The notes beneath the pieces were generated by a model, which saw only the letters and a program-made list of their open reading frames with translations, was not told where the DNA came from and did not search any database. From NCBI GenBank assembly GCA_902509675.1, contig CABWYN010000003.1, positions 3,057 through 67,056 of the forward strand: DNA of 64,000 nucleotides, given 5' to 3'. This DNA comes from an uncultured Bacteroidota bacterium (GTDB lineage: Bacteria > Bacteroidota > Bacteroidia > Flavobacteriales > Flavobacteriaceae). Made by a program: the position numbers and the translations under genes. Below are positions 9,618 to 20,419 of the stretch, in pieces. Every line of letters starts with the position of its first letter. Position 1 is the first letter of the stretch.

Positions 9618-10388
9618 ATGGAAATTTTAATTATTGCAATAGTTGCTTTTCTTGCTGCTTTGTTAACCTTTTTTTCAGGCTTTGGTTTAGGCACCATACT
9701 AACTCCTGTTATGCTTGTTTTTTTCCCGCCTGAAATTGCCATCACACTCACTGGAACAGTACACTTTTTCAACAACATATTTAAGCTTTCAATTATCGGA
9801 AAACAATTTAATAAAGAGGTGTTAATTAAATTTGGAATCCCAGCTGTTCTATTTGCTTTTGTTGGATCTTATGCTTTATTCTTTATAAGCAATGACTCCT
9901 TATTTACATACAGTTTAGTTCAAAAGGAAATAAAAGTTTCATACTTACAATTTATAATAGCAATTATCTTAATAGCTTTCGCACTAATTGATTTGATACC
10001 ATTTTTTAAAAAGCTAAAGTTTCATAAATCCATTTTACCAATGGGTGGGATATTGAGTGGTTTTTTTGGAGGCCTAACTGGAAATCAAGGTGCGCTTAGA
10101 AGTGCTTTCCTAATCAAGATGGATTTAGATAAAACTGTCTTTATTGCAACAACTGTAGTAATTTCTTTTTTTGTTGATTTAACAAGAATAGGGGTGTATT
10201 TTTCTAACATAAAGGATTTTGACATTTCAAATTATATTGTGCCTGGGTTAGCAGGAACACTTTTAGCTATTTTAGGTTCTTATATAGGATTTAAATCTCT
10301 TAAAAAGATAACTCTTAATTATATCAGAAATTTAGTTGCAGTTATGATTTTATTAATTGCTTTTTTATTATTATTGGGGGTATTATAG
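9618..10388 (+). CDS. TauE/SafE family (DUF81) anion exporter-like membrane protein
   Basis: 256 aa, ~8 TM, with the internally repeated FFSGFGLGT / GFFGGLTGNQGA motifs typical of the family. Confidence 0.65.
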   Translation: MEILIIAIVAFLAALLTFFSGFGLGTILTPVMLVFFPPEIAITLTGTVHFFNNIFKLSIIGKQFNKEVLIKFGIPAVLFAFVGSYALFFISNDSLFTYSLVQKEIKVSYLQFIIAIILIAFALIDLIPFFKKLKFHKSILPMGGILSGFFGGLTGNQGALRSAFLIKMDLDKTVFIATTVVISFFVDLTRIGVYFSNIKDFDISNYIVPGLAGTLLAILGSYIGFKSLKKITLNYIRNLVAVMILLIAFLLLLGVL

Positions 10389-10394
10389 GTTTCT

Positions 10395-11729
10395 ATGGAA
10401 TGGGAAAAACTAATGTCTCTCAAAAGATACGGAGACAATTTTAAAAGAAAGAGAATCGATCAAGATGAAACAAGGCTTGGATTTGATGTTGATTATGATC
10501 GTATTATTTTTTCATCTGAATTTAGGAGTCTTCAGGACAAGACTCAAGTAGTCCCATTTTCGCAAGGGGATTTTGTTCACACAAGACTAACTCATAGTTT
10601 GGAAACCAGTGTAGTTGGCAGATCTTTGGGAAGGAGAGTTGGAGTTGAAATTTTAAAAAAATACCCACTTTTAAAAAATGATTTGGGTTATCATGCAAAT
10701 GATTTTGGAGCTATAGTTGCTTCAGCATCACTTGCTCATGATATTGGAAATCCACCTTTTGGTCACTCAGGGGAAAAATCTATTGGTCAGTATTTTATTT
10801 CAGGGCCAGGTAAAAAATTTGGAGATATTTTAAACGACAAAGAATTTCAAGACTTGTGTGACTTTGAAGGTAATGCAAACGGATTTAAAATATTGACTCA
10901 GTCACGGCCTGGAAGGGAAGGAGGGTTGAGGTTAAGCTATGCAACCCTTGGGGCTTTTATTAAATACCCAAAAGAGTCATTACCAATTAAACCAACCTCA
11001 AATGTTTCAGATAAAAAATATGGCTTCTTTCAAAATGAAAAAAAAATATATTTTGATATTGCAAATGAATTGGGATTATCTAAAAATGAAGGGGGATATA
11101 ATAGGCATCCTTTAACTTTTCTGGTTGAAGCAGCTGATGATATATGCTATACAATAATTGATTTTGAAGATGGAATAAATTTAGGATTAGTGCAAGAGGA
11201 TTACGCACTAGAATATTTAATCAATTTAGTTAGGGATTCGATTAATACTGAAAAATATAATTCTTTAAATAATACAATAGACAGAGTAAGTTACCTGAGA
11301 GCGTTATCGATTAATACTTTAATTAATGAGGCAGTTCAAATATTTATCGAAAACGAAGATGATATTTTAAGTGGAAAATTTAACGTAGCCCTTTTGAAAA
11401 AAAGCAAGTTCAAGCCGCAAATTGCAGATATTATTAAAATTAGTGTTGAAAAAATTTATCAATCAAAAGAAGTTATCGAAAAAGAGGTTGCAGGTTATAA
11501 TATAATCAATAAGCTGCTAGATACTTTTATATCTTCTGTTAATAGATTTCACGAAGGATCTCAAACAACTTATGATGATCTGATTTTAAGATTATTACCC
11601 TCAACAACTAACTTAAATCATGAAAGTCTTTATTCAAGATTATTAGAGGTTTGTCATTACGTGGCTTCTCTTTCGGATAGAAAAGCATTAAATGTTTACA
11701 ATAAAATCACTGGAGTAGAGTATCAATAG
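10395..11729 (+). CDS. dgt: dGTP triphosphohydrolase-like HD-domain protein
   Basis: RLTHSLET and AHDIGNPPFGHSGE HD motifs, plus EAADDICY. 444 aa. Confidence 0.85.
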   Translation: MEWEKLMSLKRYGDNFKRKRIDQDETRLGFDVDYDRIIFSSEFRSLQDKTQVVPFSQGDFVHTRLTHSLETSVVGRSLGRRVGVEILKKYPLLKNDLGYHANDFGAIVASASLAHDIGNPPFGHSGEKSIGQYFISGPGKKFGDILNDKEFQDLCDFEGNANGFKILTQSRPGREGGLRLSYATLGAFIKYPKESLPIKPTSNVSDKKYGFFQNEKKIYFDIANELGLSKNEGGYNRHPLTFLVEAADDICYTIIDFEDGINLGLVQEDYALEYLINLVRDSINTEKYNSLNNTIDRVSYLRALSINTLINEAVQIFIENEDDILSGKFNVALLKKSKFKPQIADIIKISVEKIYQSKEVIEKEVAGYNIINKLLDTFISSVNRFHEGSQTTYDDLILRLLPSTTNLNHESLYSRLLEVCHYVASLSDRKALNVYNKITGVEYQ

Positions 11730-11735
11730 AGGTAT

Positions 11736-12185
11736 ATGAAAATAGAATTTGATGATAATTATTTTATGAGTAAAGCAATTGATGAGGCTAAAATAGCATT
11801 ATCAAAAGGTGAGGTGCCAATCGGCGCCGTGATTGTTGCTGACAATAAGATTATTGCTAGGGCACACAATATGGTTGAGGCTCTAAATGATGTGACTGCT
11901 CATGCAGAAATACTTGCAATTACCTCTGCGTCAAATTACATTGGTGGAAAATACTTGGAAAACTGTTCTATTTATGTAACATTAGAACCATGTCAAATGT
12001 GTGCCGGAGCATTGTATTGGAGTAGAATTTCAAAAATATATTATGGCGCAGATGATCCAAAAAGAGGATTCAAAATACTAGGTAATAAAATTCACCCCAA
12101 GACAAAGGTTTTCCCCGGTATCCTACTAAATGAATGTAAAGATTTATTAGAAAAGTTCTTCATTTCAAGAAGAAATTTAAATTAG
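11736..12185 (+). CDS. tadA: tRNA-specific adenosine deaminase
   Basis: HAE and PCQMCAGAL zinc motifs. 149 aa. Confidence 0.85.
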   Translation: MKIEFDDNYFMSKAIDEAKIALSKGEVPIGAVIVADNKIIARAHNMVEALNDVTAHAEILAITSASNYIGGKYLENCSIYVTLEPCQMCAGALYWSRISKIYYGADDPKRGFKILGNKIHPKTKVFPGILLNECKDLLEKFFISRRNLN

Positions 12186-12412
12186 AGATTACTGTTTTCT
12201 TTAAATTTTTTGAGATTCTTATTATTGAGATAGTAATCTTCCATTTTTTTATCTTTCCAACGATGATATGAGAATAAGGGAAAAACGATAAAAAATAATA
12301 TTAAAACACCAAATCCAATATATTTTTGGTGGTTTTCAGATTCTACGAATAACCCAAAAAATAGTAATGAAACAGAAATTATAAAAAAAAATAAAATAGC
12401 TTTTTTGAACAA
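12182..12412 (-). CDS. Hypothetical small 2-TM membrane protein directly downstream of aspS
   Basis: ORF only. TTG start 1 nt after the aspS stop. The 3' end overlaps the tadA stop by 4 nt. Confidence 0.35.
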   Translation of the reverse strand: MFKKAILFFFIISVSLLFFGLFVESENHQKYIGFGVLILFFIVFPLFSYHRWKDKKMEDYYLNNKNLKKFKENSNL

Positions 12413-12413
12413 A

Positions 12414-14162
12414 TTACAGAGTTGACTTAAGATTAATTTCTTTTAATTGATCATCAGAAACAGTAGAGGGGGAATCAATCATAACATCTCTACCAGAGTT
12501 ATTTTTTGGGAATGCTATAAAGTCACGAATAATTTCGTTTCCTCCCATAATTGCAACTAGCCTGTCAAGACCAAATGCAATACCGCCGTGAGGTGGAGCT
12601 CCATATAAAAAAGCATTCATTAAAAAACCAAATTGTTTTTCTGCCTCCTCTTTTGTAAAACCAAGACAATCAAACATCCTTTGCTGTATTTTCTTATCGT
12701 GAATTCTGATTGATCCTCCTCCAATTTCATTTCCGTTCAAAACTAAATCATAGGCATCGGCCCTTACCGCTGCAGGATCAGAATCTATTAAATCTATTTG
12801 TTCTGGTTTTGGAGATGTAAATGGGTGATGCATAGCATGAAAGGCACCAGTTTCTTCATCCCATTCTAGTAAAGGGAAATCTACGACCCAAAGTGGTTTA
12901 AATTCTTCTGGATTTTTCAATCCTAAATTGTCAGCTACATGAACTCTTAAAGCTCCTAGCTGAGTTCTTACTTTTTCCTTATCTCCGCTTAAAATAAATA
13001 AAAGATCACCCTTTTTTGCGTCAGCTTTATTAGCCCAATTTTCTAAATCAGATTGATCGTAAAATTTATCTACTGATGATTTATATGTTCCATCATCTTG
13101 CATTCTCAAATAAGCAAGACCGCTTGCACCAACCTGGGGTCTTTTAACCCAATCAGTGTATTTGTCAATTTCTTTTCTTGAAAAATTATTTCCTCCATTG
13201 ATTACAAAACCAACAACAAGTTCAGAATTGTTAAAGACATTAAAGTCTCTGTTCTTTGCTACATCATTTAATTCAATAAATTTCATTTTGTATCTCAAGT
13301 CAGGCTTGTCGGTTCCGTACTTTTGAATAGCATCATCGTAAGTCATCACTGGGAATTTTTCAAGTTTAATATTTTTAACTTTTTGAAAAAGGTGTTTTAC
13401 CAAATTTTCAAATGTGTTTAAAATATCTTCTTGACTAACAAAGGCCATCTCACAATCAATTTGTGTAAATTCAGGTTGTCTATCAGCCCGTAAGTCTTCG
13501 TCTCTAAAACATTTCACAATTTGAAAGTATTTATCCATTCCAGCAACCATTAAAAGTTGTTTAAATGTTTGAGGTGATTGAGGCAGGGCATAAAATTCAC
13601 CTGGATTCATTCTCGAGGGAACAACAAAATCTCTTGCACCCTCAGGGGTAGACTTGATTAAATACGGAGTCTCGACTTCAATAAAAGAATTTTCAGATAA
13701 ATATTTTCTTACCTCTTGCGTAATTTTATGACGTAGTATTAAATTATTTTTTACAGGATCTCTTCTTATGTCTAAATATCTATATTTCATTCTAAGTTCT
13801 TCACCACCGTCTGATTCATTTTCAATTGTAAAAGGAGGTGTAAGAGAACTATTTAATACATTTAATTCTGAAACCAGAACCTCAACTTCACCTGTATCTA
13901 TTAATGAGTTTTTAGAAGCTCTTTCAATAACAGTTCCCCTTATATTGATTACAAATTCACGCCCAAGAGTTTTGGCTAACTCAATTACATCAGAGTTGGT
14001 TCTTTTTTGGTCAAAAACTAGTTGAGTAATACCGTATCTATCCCTAAGATCTACCCACATTATAAAACCTTTATCTCTAATTTTTTGAACCCATCCAGAA
14101 AGTTCAACTTCCTTATCTAAGTTTGTAGTTCTTAATTCGCCGCAATTGTGAGTTCTGTACAT
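12414..14162 (-). CDS. aspS: Aspartyl-tRNA synthetase
   Basis: [12 protein letters not shown]-terminus, [26 protein letters not shown] and GIAFGLDRL class II motifs. Confidence 0.95.
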   Translation of the reverse strand: MYRTHNCGELRTTNLDKEVELSGWVQKIRDKGFIMWVDLRDRYGITQLVFDQKRTNSDVIELAKTLGREFVINIRGTVIERASKNSLIDTGEVEVLVSELNVLNSSLTPPFTIENESDGGEELRMKYRYLDIRRDPVKNNLILRHKITQEVRKYLSENSFIEVETPYLIKSTPEGARDFVVPSRMNPGEFYALPQSPQTFKQLLMVAGMDKYFQIVKCFRDEDLRADRQPEFTQIDCEMAFVSQEDILNTFENLVKHLFQKVKNIKLEKFPVMTYDDAIQKYGTDKPDLRYKMKFIELNDVAKNRDFNVFNNSELVVGFVINGGNNFSRKEIDKYTDWVKRPQVGASGLAYLRMQDDGTYKSSVDKFYDQSDLENWANKADAKKGDLLFILSGDKEKVRTQLGALRVHVADNLGLKNPEEFKPLWVVDFPLLEWDEETGAFHAMHHPFTSPKPEQIDLIDSDPAAVRADAYDLVLNGNEIGGGSIRIHDKKIQQRMFDCLGFTKEEAEKQFGFLMNAFLYGAPPHGGIAFGLDRLVAIMGGNEIIRDFIAFPKNNSGRDVMIDSPSTVSDDQLKEINLKSTL

Positions 14163-14180
14163 TATGTTTCCTTAATGCAA

Positions 14181-14188
14181 CAAATTTA
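14181..14188 (-). promoter_or_regulatory. Candidate -7 promoter element (TAaaTTTG on the minus strand) for aspS
   Basis: Exact TAnnTTTG match 18 nt upstream of the aspS ATG. Confidence 0.4.
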
Positions 14189-14285
14189 ATAAGATATTAT
14201 TATAAATTTATTGCATATCAAATTATTTGAAACAATTTTTAATAATTGTTGTATTCAATTATCATATAACTAGTATTTTTGTAAA

Positions 14286-15260
14286 ATGATAAGTGTAGAA
14301 GAATATCACAATCAATTTTTAGATTATTTACAAAAATATACCCCACCAAATAGTCCGAGTAATTTATATGAGCCTGTAAGCTATATACTAAGTTTGAAAG
14401 GCAAAAGAATTCGCCCAATACTGACTCTTTTAACCTGTGATCTATTTAACGATAATTTTAAGGATGCCTTTGACGCAGCATTGGCGGTCGAGGTGTTTCA
14501 TAATTTTTCTCTTGTTCATGATGACATTATGGATGAAGCGCCACTTAGACGAGGAAATGAAACAGTACATAAAAAATGGGATTTAAGCACAGCAATTCTT
14601 TCAGGAGATGTAATGTTAATATTAGCTTATCAACTCTTTGAAAATTACTCTGGAGATACTTTTGTTTCTCTTGCAAAACTTTTTAGTAAAACAGCAATAG
14701 AAGTTTGTGAAGGACAGCAGATGGATATAGATTTTTCTAACACCAGCGATGTTTCTCCAAAAAAATATTTAAAAATGATTGAATTCAAAACAGCTGTTTT
14801 GTTAGGTGCTTCAATGAAAATGGGTGCAATAGTTTCTAATGCTTCCATAAATGAGCAAAACAGTATATATGAATTTGGGAGAAATCTGGGTATGGCCTTT
14901 CAGATTCAAGACGATTTCTTGGACACTTTTGGTGACGAGGAAAAGTTTGGAAAAATGATAGGGGGAGATATAATAGAAAATAAAAAAACATTACTTTTTA
15001 TAAGAGCAACCCAGTTACTTGATAAAGAAGATAGATTAAAGCTAATAAAACTGTACTCAACAAAATCTTTAGACAATCATATGAAAATCAAAGAAGTCAA
15101 AGATCTTTACGAAAAGTGTGGAATTCCACTTATAATGAGGAAAGAAATTGAACAATTTACGCACACAGCATTTCAGATGTTAGAAAATATAAATTTTAGT
15201 AACGAAAAAAAGCAATTTCTAATCGATTTTGGAAATTCTCTTATGAAAAGAAACATTTAA
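14286..15260 (+). CDS. Polyprenyl diphosphate synthase (trans-isoprenyl diphosphate synthase family)
   Basis: Two aspartate-rich motifs, LVHDDIMDE and FQIQDDFLD. 324 aa. Confidence 0.85.
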   Translation: MISVEEYHNQFLDYLQKYTPPNSPSNLYEPVSYILSLKGKRIRPILTLLTCDLFNDNFKDAFDAALAVEVFHNFSLVHDDIMDEAPLRRGNETVHKKWDLSTAILSGDVMLILAYQLFENYSGDTFVSLAKLFSKTAIEVCEGQQMDIDFSNTSDVSPKKYLKMIEFKTAVLLGASMKMGAIVSNASINEQNSIYEFGRNLGMAFQIQDDFLDTFGDEEKFGKMIGGDIIENKKTLLFIRATQLLDKEDRLKLIKLYSTKSLDNHMKIKEVKDLYEKCGIPLIMRKEIEQFTHTAFQMLENINFSNEKKQFLIDFGNSLMKRNI

Positions 15261-15275
15261 AAAATATATATTTTT

Positions 15276-15283
15276 TACATTTG
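15276..15283 (+). promoter_or_regulatory. Candidate -7 promoter element (TAcaTTTG) for sucAB
   Basis: Exact TAnnTTTG match 18 nt upstream of the sucA GTG start. Confidence 0.4.
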
Positions 15284-15301
15284 TTTCAGTAATTTAACCA
15301 A

Positions 15302-18061
15302 GTGGATAATTTTTCTTTTTTAAACGCGGCACATGCTGGATTCTTCTCTGAATTATACGAGCAATATTTAAAGGATCCTGATAGTTTAGAGCCAAGCTGG
15401 AAAGCTTTTTTTCAAGGCTATGATTTTGCAAGTAGCGATTTCATGAAAGGTGAAATTGTAGAAGGTGTTAGCCCACAGATCCCAGATGATTTACAAAAAG
15501 AATTCAAAGTGATAAACTTGATAAATGGCTACCGATCAAGAGGTCATTTATTCACAAAAACAAATCCAGTTCGTGATCGAAGAACTTATCGTCCGACTTT
15601 ATCCATTGAGAATTTTGGACTTTCCAAAAATGATTTACATACCGTTTTTAACGCAGGTGAAATTATCGGTCTAGGCCCCCAGCCGTTAAATGTAATTATT
15701 GCCCATTTAGAAGAAATTTATTGTGATAGTATTGGAGTTGAATATATGTATATAAGAAAACCTGAAATTATTTCTTGGATTCAAAACAAACTCAATGTAA
15801 ATAATAATCAACCAAAATTTACTACGACACAAAAGAAAAAATTAATGTCTAAATTAATTGAAGCCGTATCTTTTGAAAACTTTCTACACACAAAGTATGT
15901 AGGCCAGAAAAGATTTTCTTTAGAAGGCGGTGAGTCTCTTATTCCTGCCCTTGATATTTTGATTGAAGAAGCGGCTAATAATGGGGTTAAAGAATTTGTG
16001 ATGGGTATGGCTCATCGTGGAAGATTGAGTACGCTGGTAAATATTTTTGGAAAGTCTGCTAAAAGTGTTTTTAGCGAATTTGACGGAAAAGATTATGAAG
16101 AAAAAATTTTTGATGGCGATGTAAAATACCATTTAGGATGGACTAGTGAACGAACAACAGCAAGTAACAAAAAAATAAATTTAAATATTGCACCAAACCC
16201 ATCACATTTAGAAACTGTTGGGTCGGTTGTACAAGGGATTACAAGATCTAAACTAGATAAATCTTTTAACAAAGATTCTAATAAAGTATTACCTATAATT
16301 GTACATGGTGATGCGGCAATCGCAGGTCAGGGCTTAGTCTATGAATTAGTTCAAATGGCCAGATTAGACGGTTACCAAACGGGAGGAACAATTCATATTG
16401 TTATTAATAATCAGATTGGTTTTACAACAAATTATCTAGATGCAAGATCAAGCACTTATTGCACTGATGTAGGCAAGGTCACACTTTCACCTGTTTTACA
16501 TGTAAATGCAGATGATGTCGAAGCTGTTGTACATGCTGTGCTTTTTGCTCTTGATTTCAGATTAGAATTTAAAAGAGACGTGTTTATTGATTTATTGGGA
16601 TACAGAAAATACGGTCATAATGAAGGGGATGAGCCAAGATTTACTCAACCAAAACTATATAAGTTAATTTCAAAGCACCCCAATCCAAAAAATATTTATG
16701 CTTCAGCATTAATTGAAAAATCTTTAATGTCAAATGAAGAAATATTAAAGATAGAATCAGATTACAAATCAAAATTAGAGAATCAACTAGTAGACTCTAA
16801 AAAAACTGAAAAAACCAGAATCACAGATTTTATGAGTGATGAGTGGTCAGATTACAGTAGGGTTAACCAACACGAAATGATCAAGCCGGTAGATACTACT
16901 TACCCAAGAATTAAACTTGAAAATATAGTTGATAAAATTTCTACGTTACCGAGTGATAAGAAATTCATTAATAAAATTAAAAAATTGGTTAACAATAGAA
17001 AATTAATGCTTGAAAATGACAAGTTTGATTGGTCTATGGCTGAACATTTGGCATATGGAAGTTTGTTGGACGAAGGTTTTAACGTGAGAATTTCTGGTCA
17101 AGATGTTGAAAGGGGAACTTTTTCACATAGACATGCAATTGTTAAAGTTGAGGAGAGTGAAGAAGAAATATCTCTGTTAAATTATATTAGTGATAACCAG
17201 GGGGAATTTTCAATTTACAACTCTTTACTATCGGAGTATGGTGTATTAGGATTCGAATATGGATATGCGATGGCAGATCCAAAAACATTAACAATCTGGG
17301 AAGCTCAATTCGGTGATTTCAGCAATGGAGCACAAATTATTATTGACCAATATTTATTCTCGGGGGAAGATAAGTGGAAAACTCAAAACGGATTGGTTTT
17401 ATTTTTACCACACGGCTATGAGGGTCAAGGTGCTGAACATTCATCAGCAAGAATGGAAAGATATCTTCAGCTGTGTGCAAAGGATAATGTTTTTGTTGCA
17501 AATTGTACTACTCCTGCAAATATGTTTCATATTTTGAGGAGACAAATGAAAGCTAAATACAGAAAACCACTAATAATTTTTACACCAAAGAGTTTACTTA
17601 GACACCCAATGGTTCATTCTAAAGTTGATGAATTTACAAAAGGTGAATTCAACATGATAATCGATGACAACGACGTTAATCAATCTGATGTGAAAAGTCT
17701 GGTATTTGTCACTGGAAAATTCTACTATGATCTGCTTGATGAAAAAAACAGGTTAGGGAGAATAGATGTTGCAATTATTCGAATTGAGCAATTATTTCCG
17801 TTACCCAAAAATCATATAAGATCTATTATAAAAAAATATAAAAATGCTGAAGATATTGTATGGGCTCAAGAAGAGCCGATTAATATGGGAGCTTATGCAC
17901 ACCTTTTAATAAATATGAAAGAAGCAAATAATTTTCGTATTGCTTCTAGAAGATTTTATGCTGCAACCGCAGCGGGAAGTTCAGCTAGATTTTTAAAAAG
18001 ACATAAAGAAGTTATTGATTTTGTTTTTGATAAACATAAAAACAATCAACTTCCTGAATAA
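15302..18061 (+). CDS. sucA: 2-oxoglutarate dehydrogenase E1 component
   Basis: GTG start followed by the conserved DNFSFLNAAHAGF N-terminus. GMAHRGRL, HGDAAIAGQG and LPHGYEGQGAEHSSAR motifs. Confidence 0.95.
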   Translation: MDNFSFLNAAHAGFFSELYEQYLKDPDSLEPSWKAFFQGYDFASSDFMKGEIVEGVSPQIPDDLQKEFKVINLINGYRSRGHLFTKTNPVRDRRTYRPTLSIENFGLSKNDLHTVFNAGEIIGLGPQPLNVIIAHLEEIYCDSIGVEYMYIRKPEIISWIQNKLNVNNNQPKFTTTQKKKLMSKLIEAVSFENFLHTKYVGQKRFSLEGGESLIPALDILIEEAANNGVKEFVMGMAHRGRLSTLVNIFGKSAKSVFSEFDGKDYEEKIFDGDVKYHLGWTSERTTASNKKINLNIAPNPSHLETVGSVVQGITRSKLDKSFNKDSNKVLPIIVHGDAAIAGQGLVYELVQMARLDGYQTGGTIHIVINNQIGFTTNYLDARSSTYCTDVGKVTLSPVLHVNADDVEAVVHAVLFALDFRLEFKRDVFIDLLGYRKYGHNEGDEPRFTQPKLYKLISKHPNPKNIYASALIEKSLMSNEEILKIESDYKSKLENQLVDSKKTEKTRITDFMSDEWSDYSRVNQHEMIKPVDTTYPRIKLENIVDKISTLPSDKKFINKIKKLVNNRKLMLENDKFDWSMAEHLAYGSLLDEGFNVRISGQDVERGTFSHRHAIVKVEESEEEISLLNYISDNQGEFSIYNSLLSEYGVLGFEYGYAMADPKTLTIWEAQFGDFSNGAQIIIDQYLFSGEDKWKTQNGLVLFLPHGYEGQGAEHSSARMERYLQLCAKDNVFVANCTTPANMFHILRRQMKAKYRKPLIIFTPKSLLRHPMVHSKVDEFTKGEFNMIIDDNDVNQSDVKSLVFVTGKFYYDLLDEKNRLGRIDVAIIRIEQLFPLPKNHIRSIIKKYKNAEDIVWAQEEPINMGAYAHLLINMKEANNFRIASRRFYAATAAGSSARFLKRHKEVIDFVFDKHKNNQLPE

Positions 18062-18212
18062 CTAATTAAATCTATTCTATGAAAAAATTCATTAAAAAAT
18101 AGTTTTATGAGTTACATTTTAGGAATTGAACTTATATTTGATAATAATAATGTAATAGTCGTTCAGGGGGAAGATAGTCTCAAGTTTAAAAAGAGAAAAA
18201 AATAAAAGTCTT

Positions 18213-19415
18213 ATGATTTTAAAAATGCAAATACCGTCTCCAGGAGAATCAATTTCCGAAGTTGAAATTGCCGAGTGGCTTGTTGCTGACGGTGAATATG
18301 TTGACAAAGATCAAATCATCGCAGAAATTGACAGTGACAAGGCAACTCTAGAATTACCTGCGGAAGAATCTGGTGTCATTACACTAAAAGCAGAAGAGGG
18401 CGATGTTGTTGAAGTTGGCCAAGTTGTATGTCATATTGATACCTCAGCTGAGGGTGCTTCAAAAGATAAAACTAATGATATTATTGAATCAACTCATAAT
18501 GTTGAAACTGAAGCTCCAGTTGAATCAGATAATTCAAAATCTGAAATTTTAAGCCCAGCTGCTAGAAAAATAGCAGAAGAAAAAAATATCGATGTTACGT
18601 CGTTAAAAGGATCGGGAAAATCTGGTAGAATTACAAAACAAGACGTGTTATTAGGGAAACCAGCAATGGGTAAAGTTGACGATTCTAAAAGATCAGAAAC
18701 TAGAACTAAACTCTCAATGTTAAGAAGAAAAGTAGCAGAGAGATTGGTTTCTGTGAAAAATGAAACAGCCATGCTAACTACATTCAACGAAGTTGATATG
18801 TCAGCAATTTTTGAATTAAGAAAAAAATATAAAGAAAATTTTAAAGAGAAGCACGGAGTAAATTTGGGCTTTATGTCATTCTTTACATTGGCTACTGTAC
18901 GAGCATTAAAGGAGTTTCCAGCTGTAAATTCAATGATCGATGGTTCAGAAATGATATCATATGATTATTGTGATATAAGTATAGCTGTTTCTGGGCCTAA
19001 AGGATTAATGGTTCCTGTCATTAGGAATGCTGAAAAGCTTTCGTTTAAGGGCGTAGAACTTGAAGTCAAAAGATTGGCAGAAAGAGCTAGAGATGGTCAG
19101 ATTACAGTGGATGAAATGACTGGAGGAACTTTTACAATTTCTAATGGAGGAGTATTTGGTAGTATGCTTTCAACTCCAATAATTAACCCTCCTCAAAGTG
19201 CTATTTTGGGAATGCATAATATCGTTCAAAGACCTGTTGCAATTGACGGTAAGGTTGAAGTTAGACCGGTTATGTATTTGGCTCTTTCTTATGATCATAG
19301 AATTATTGACGGAAGAGAAAGTGTTGGATGTTTAGTTCATATCAAAGAGGCTTTAGAAAATCCGTCTGAAATTTTAATGGATGATAACATTGAGAAGGCT
19401 TTAGATTTAATTTAA
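18213..19415 (+). CDS. sucB: 2-oxoglutarate dehydrogenase E2 (dihydrolipoyllysine succinyltransferase)
   Basis: Lipoyl domain with [13 protein letters not shown]. Catalytic [11 protein letters not shown]. Confidence 0.95.
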   Translation: MILKMQIPSPGESISEVEIAEWLVADGEYVDKDQIIAEIDSDKATLELPAEESGVITLKAEEGDVVEVGQVVCHIDTSAEGASKDKTNDIIESTHNVETEAPVESDNSKSEILSPAARKIAEEKNIDVTSLKGSGKSGRITKQDVLLGKPAMGKVDDSKRSETRTKLSMLRRKVAERLVSVKNETAMLTTFNEVDMSAIFELRKKYKENFKEKHGVNLGFMSFFTLATVRALKEFPAVNSMIDGSEMISYDYCDISIAVSGPKGLMVPVIRNAEKLSFKGVELEVKRLAERARDGQITVDEMTGGTFTISNGGVFGSMLSTPIINPPQSAILGMHNIVQRPVAIDGKVEVRPVMYLALSYDHRIIDGRESVGCLVHIKEALENPSEILMDDNIEKALDLI

Positions 19416-19424
19416 TCCTTACTT

Positions 19425-20192
19425 ATGGTCTTAACAGACACTCACACTCACTTATATCTAGAACAATTTAAAGATGATGTTGACTTAGTAATAGGAAGAG
19501 CTATTTCAAAAAATATTTCACGTTTCTTTTTACCTGCTATTAGTTCAAAATACACCCAATCAATGCTAGATTTGCGTATAAAATATCCTAATAATATTTA
19601 TTTAATGTCAGGGCTTCATCCTTGCTATGTTAAGAAAAACTATTTGCAAGAAATTTTACATGTTGAAAAAAATCTTTCAGAGGATAAAAATATTGTTGCA
19701 ATTGGAGAAATTGGAATAGACTTATATTGGGATAAATCAAATCTGGATCTTCAATTAAAGGCGTTTGAAAGACAAATCGAATTGTCAAACGATTATAATT
19801 TACCAATAGTAATCCATAGCCGAGAATCTTTTAATGAAATATATAAAGTCCTTAAGAAGAGTTCTAGTAATAAAGGAGGAATTTTTCACTGCTTTACAGG
19901 AACTCTTGAAGATGCAAATAAAATAATTGATTTAGGGATGAAAATTGGGATTGGAGGAGTGGTTACATTTAAAAATGGTAAAATTGATAAATTCTTAGAA
20001 AATATTGGAATTCATAATATTGTTTTGGAGACGGATTCTCCGTACTTATCTCCTGAACCGTACAGGGGTAAAAGAAATGAAAGCATGAACATTACCTTCA
20101 TTGCTGATAAATTATGTGATATTTATGGGCTTACGACTAAAGAAATTGCTGACATAACTACTAAAAATTCTAAAGATGTTTTTGGGGTGTAA
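19425..20192 (+). CDS. tatD: TatD family metal-dependent hydrolase/DNase
   Basis: LTDTHTHL N-terminus, EIGID, and later HSRE / ETDSPYL motifs. Confidence 0.85.
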   Translation: MVLTDTHTHLYLEQFKDDVDLVIGRAISKNISRFFLPAISSKYTQSMLDLRIKYPNNIYLMSGLHPCYVKKNYLQEILHVEKNLSEDKNIVAIGEIGIDLYWDKSNLDLQLKAFERQIELSNDYNLPIVIHSRESFNEIYKVLKKSSSNKGGIFHCFTGTLEDANKIIDLGMKIGIGGVVTFKNGKIDKFLENIGIHNIVLETDSPYLSPEPYRGKRNESMNITFIADKLCDIYGLTTKEIADITTKNSKDVFGV

Positions 20193-20263
20193 AATATGAG
20201 AAAAAACAGCATTTTAAATTTCATAATTAATTTTTTTTCTTTTAATTTGCTCGCTGTGTTTAG

Positions 20264-20351
20264 AGAGAGGTGGCCGAGTGGTCGAAGGCGCACGCCTGGA
20301 AAGTGTGTATACACCAAAAGTGTATCGAGGGTTCGAATCCCTTCCTCTCTG
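20264..20351 (+). tRNA. tRNA-Ser (anticodon GGA), long variable arm, no encoded CCA
   Basis: Hand-folded. Acceptor AGAGAGG/CCTCTCT, anticodon stem CACGC/GTGTG with loop CTGGAAA, variable arm ATACAC-CAAAA-GTGTAT, T-arm GAGGG-TTCGAAT-CCCTT. Confidence 0.9.
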
Positions 20352-20419
20352 CAGAATATGTAATTTATGTGATATATTTTTATATCTTTAACAACTCAAA
20401 AATATTAAACAAAAAAAAG

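Noticed and set aside
14231-14250. Shared inverted repeat AACAATT-N-AATTGTT in two divergent promoter regions (2063..2091 and 14231..14250), considered as a common operator.
   Set aside because: The spacers differ (9 nt versus 6 nt), there are only two copies, and A/T palindromes of this size are expected by chance in DNA this AT-rich.
20270-20419. N-terminal 50 codons of the track ORF 20270..21238 (MAEWSKAHAWKVC...).
   Set aside because: This part is simply a translation of the tRNA-Ser gene (20264..20351) and its downstream spacer. The real ExbB start is the ATG at 20420, followed by a signal-like MKRLFSLLGIM.
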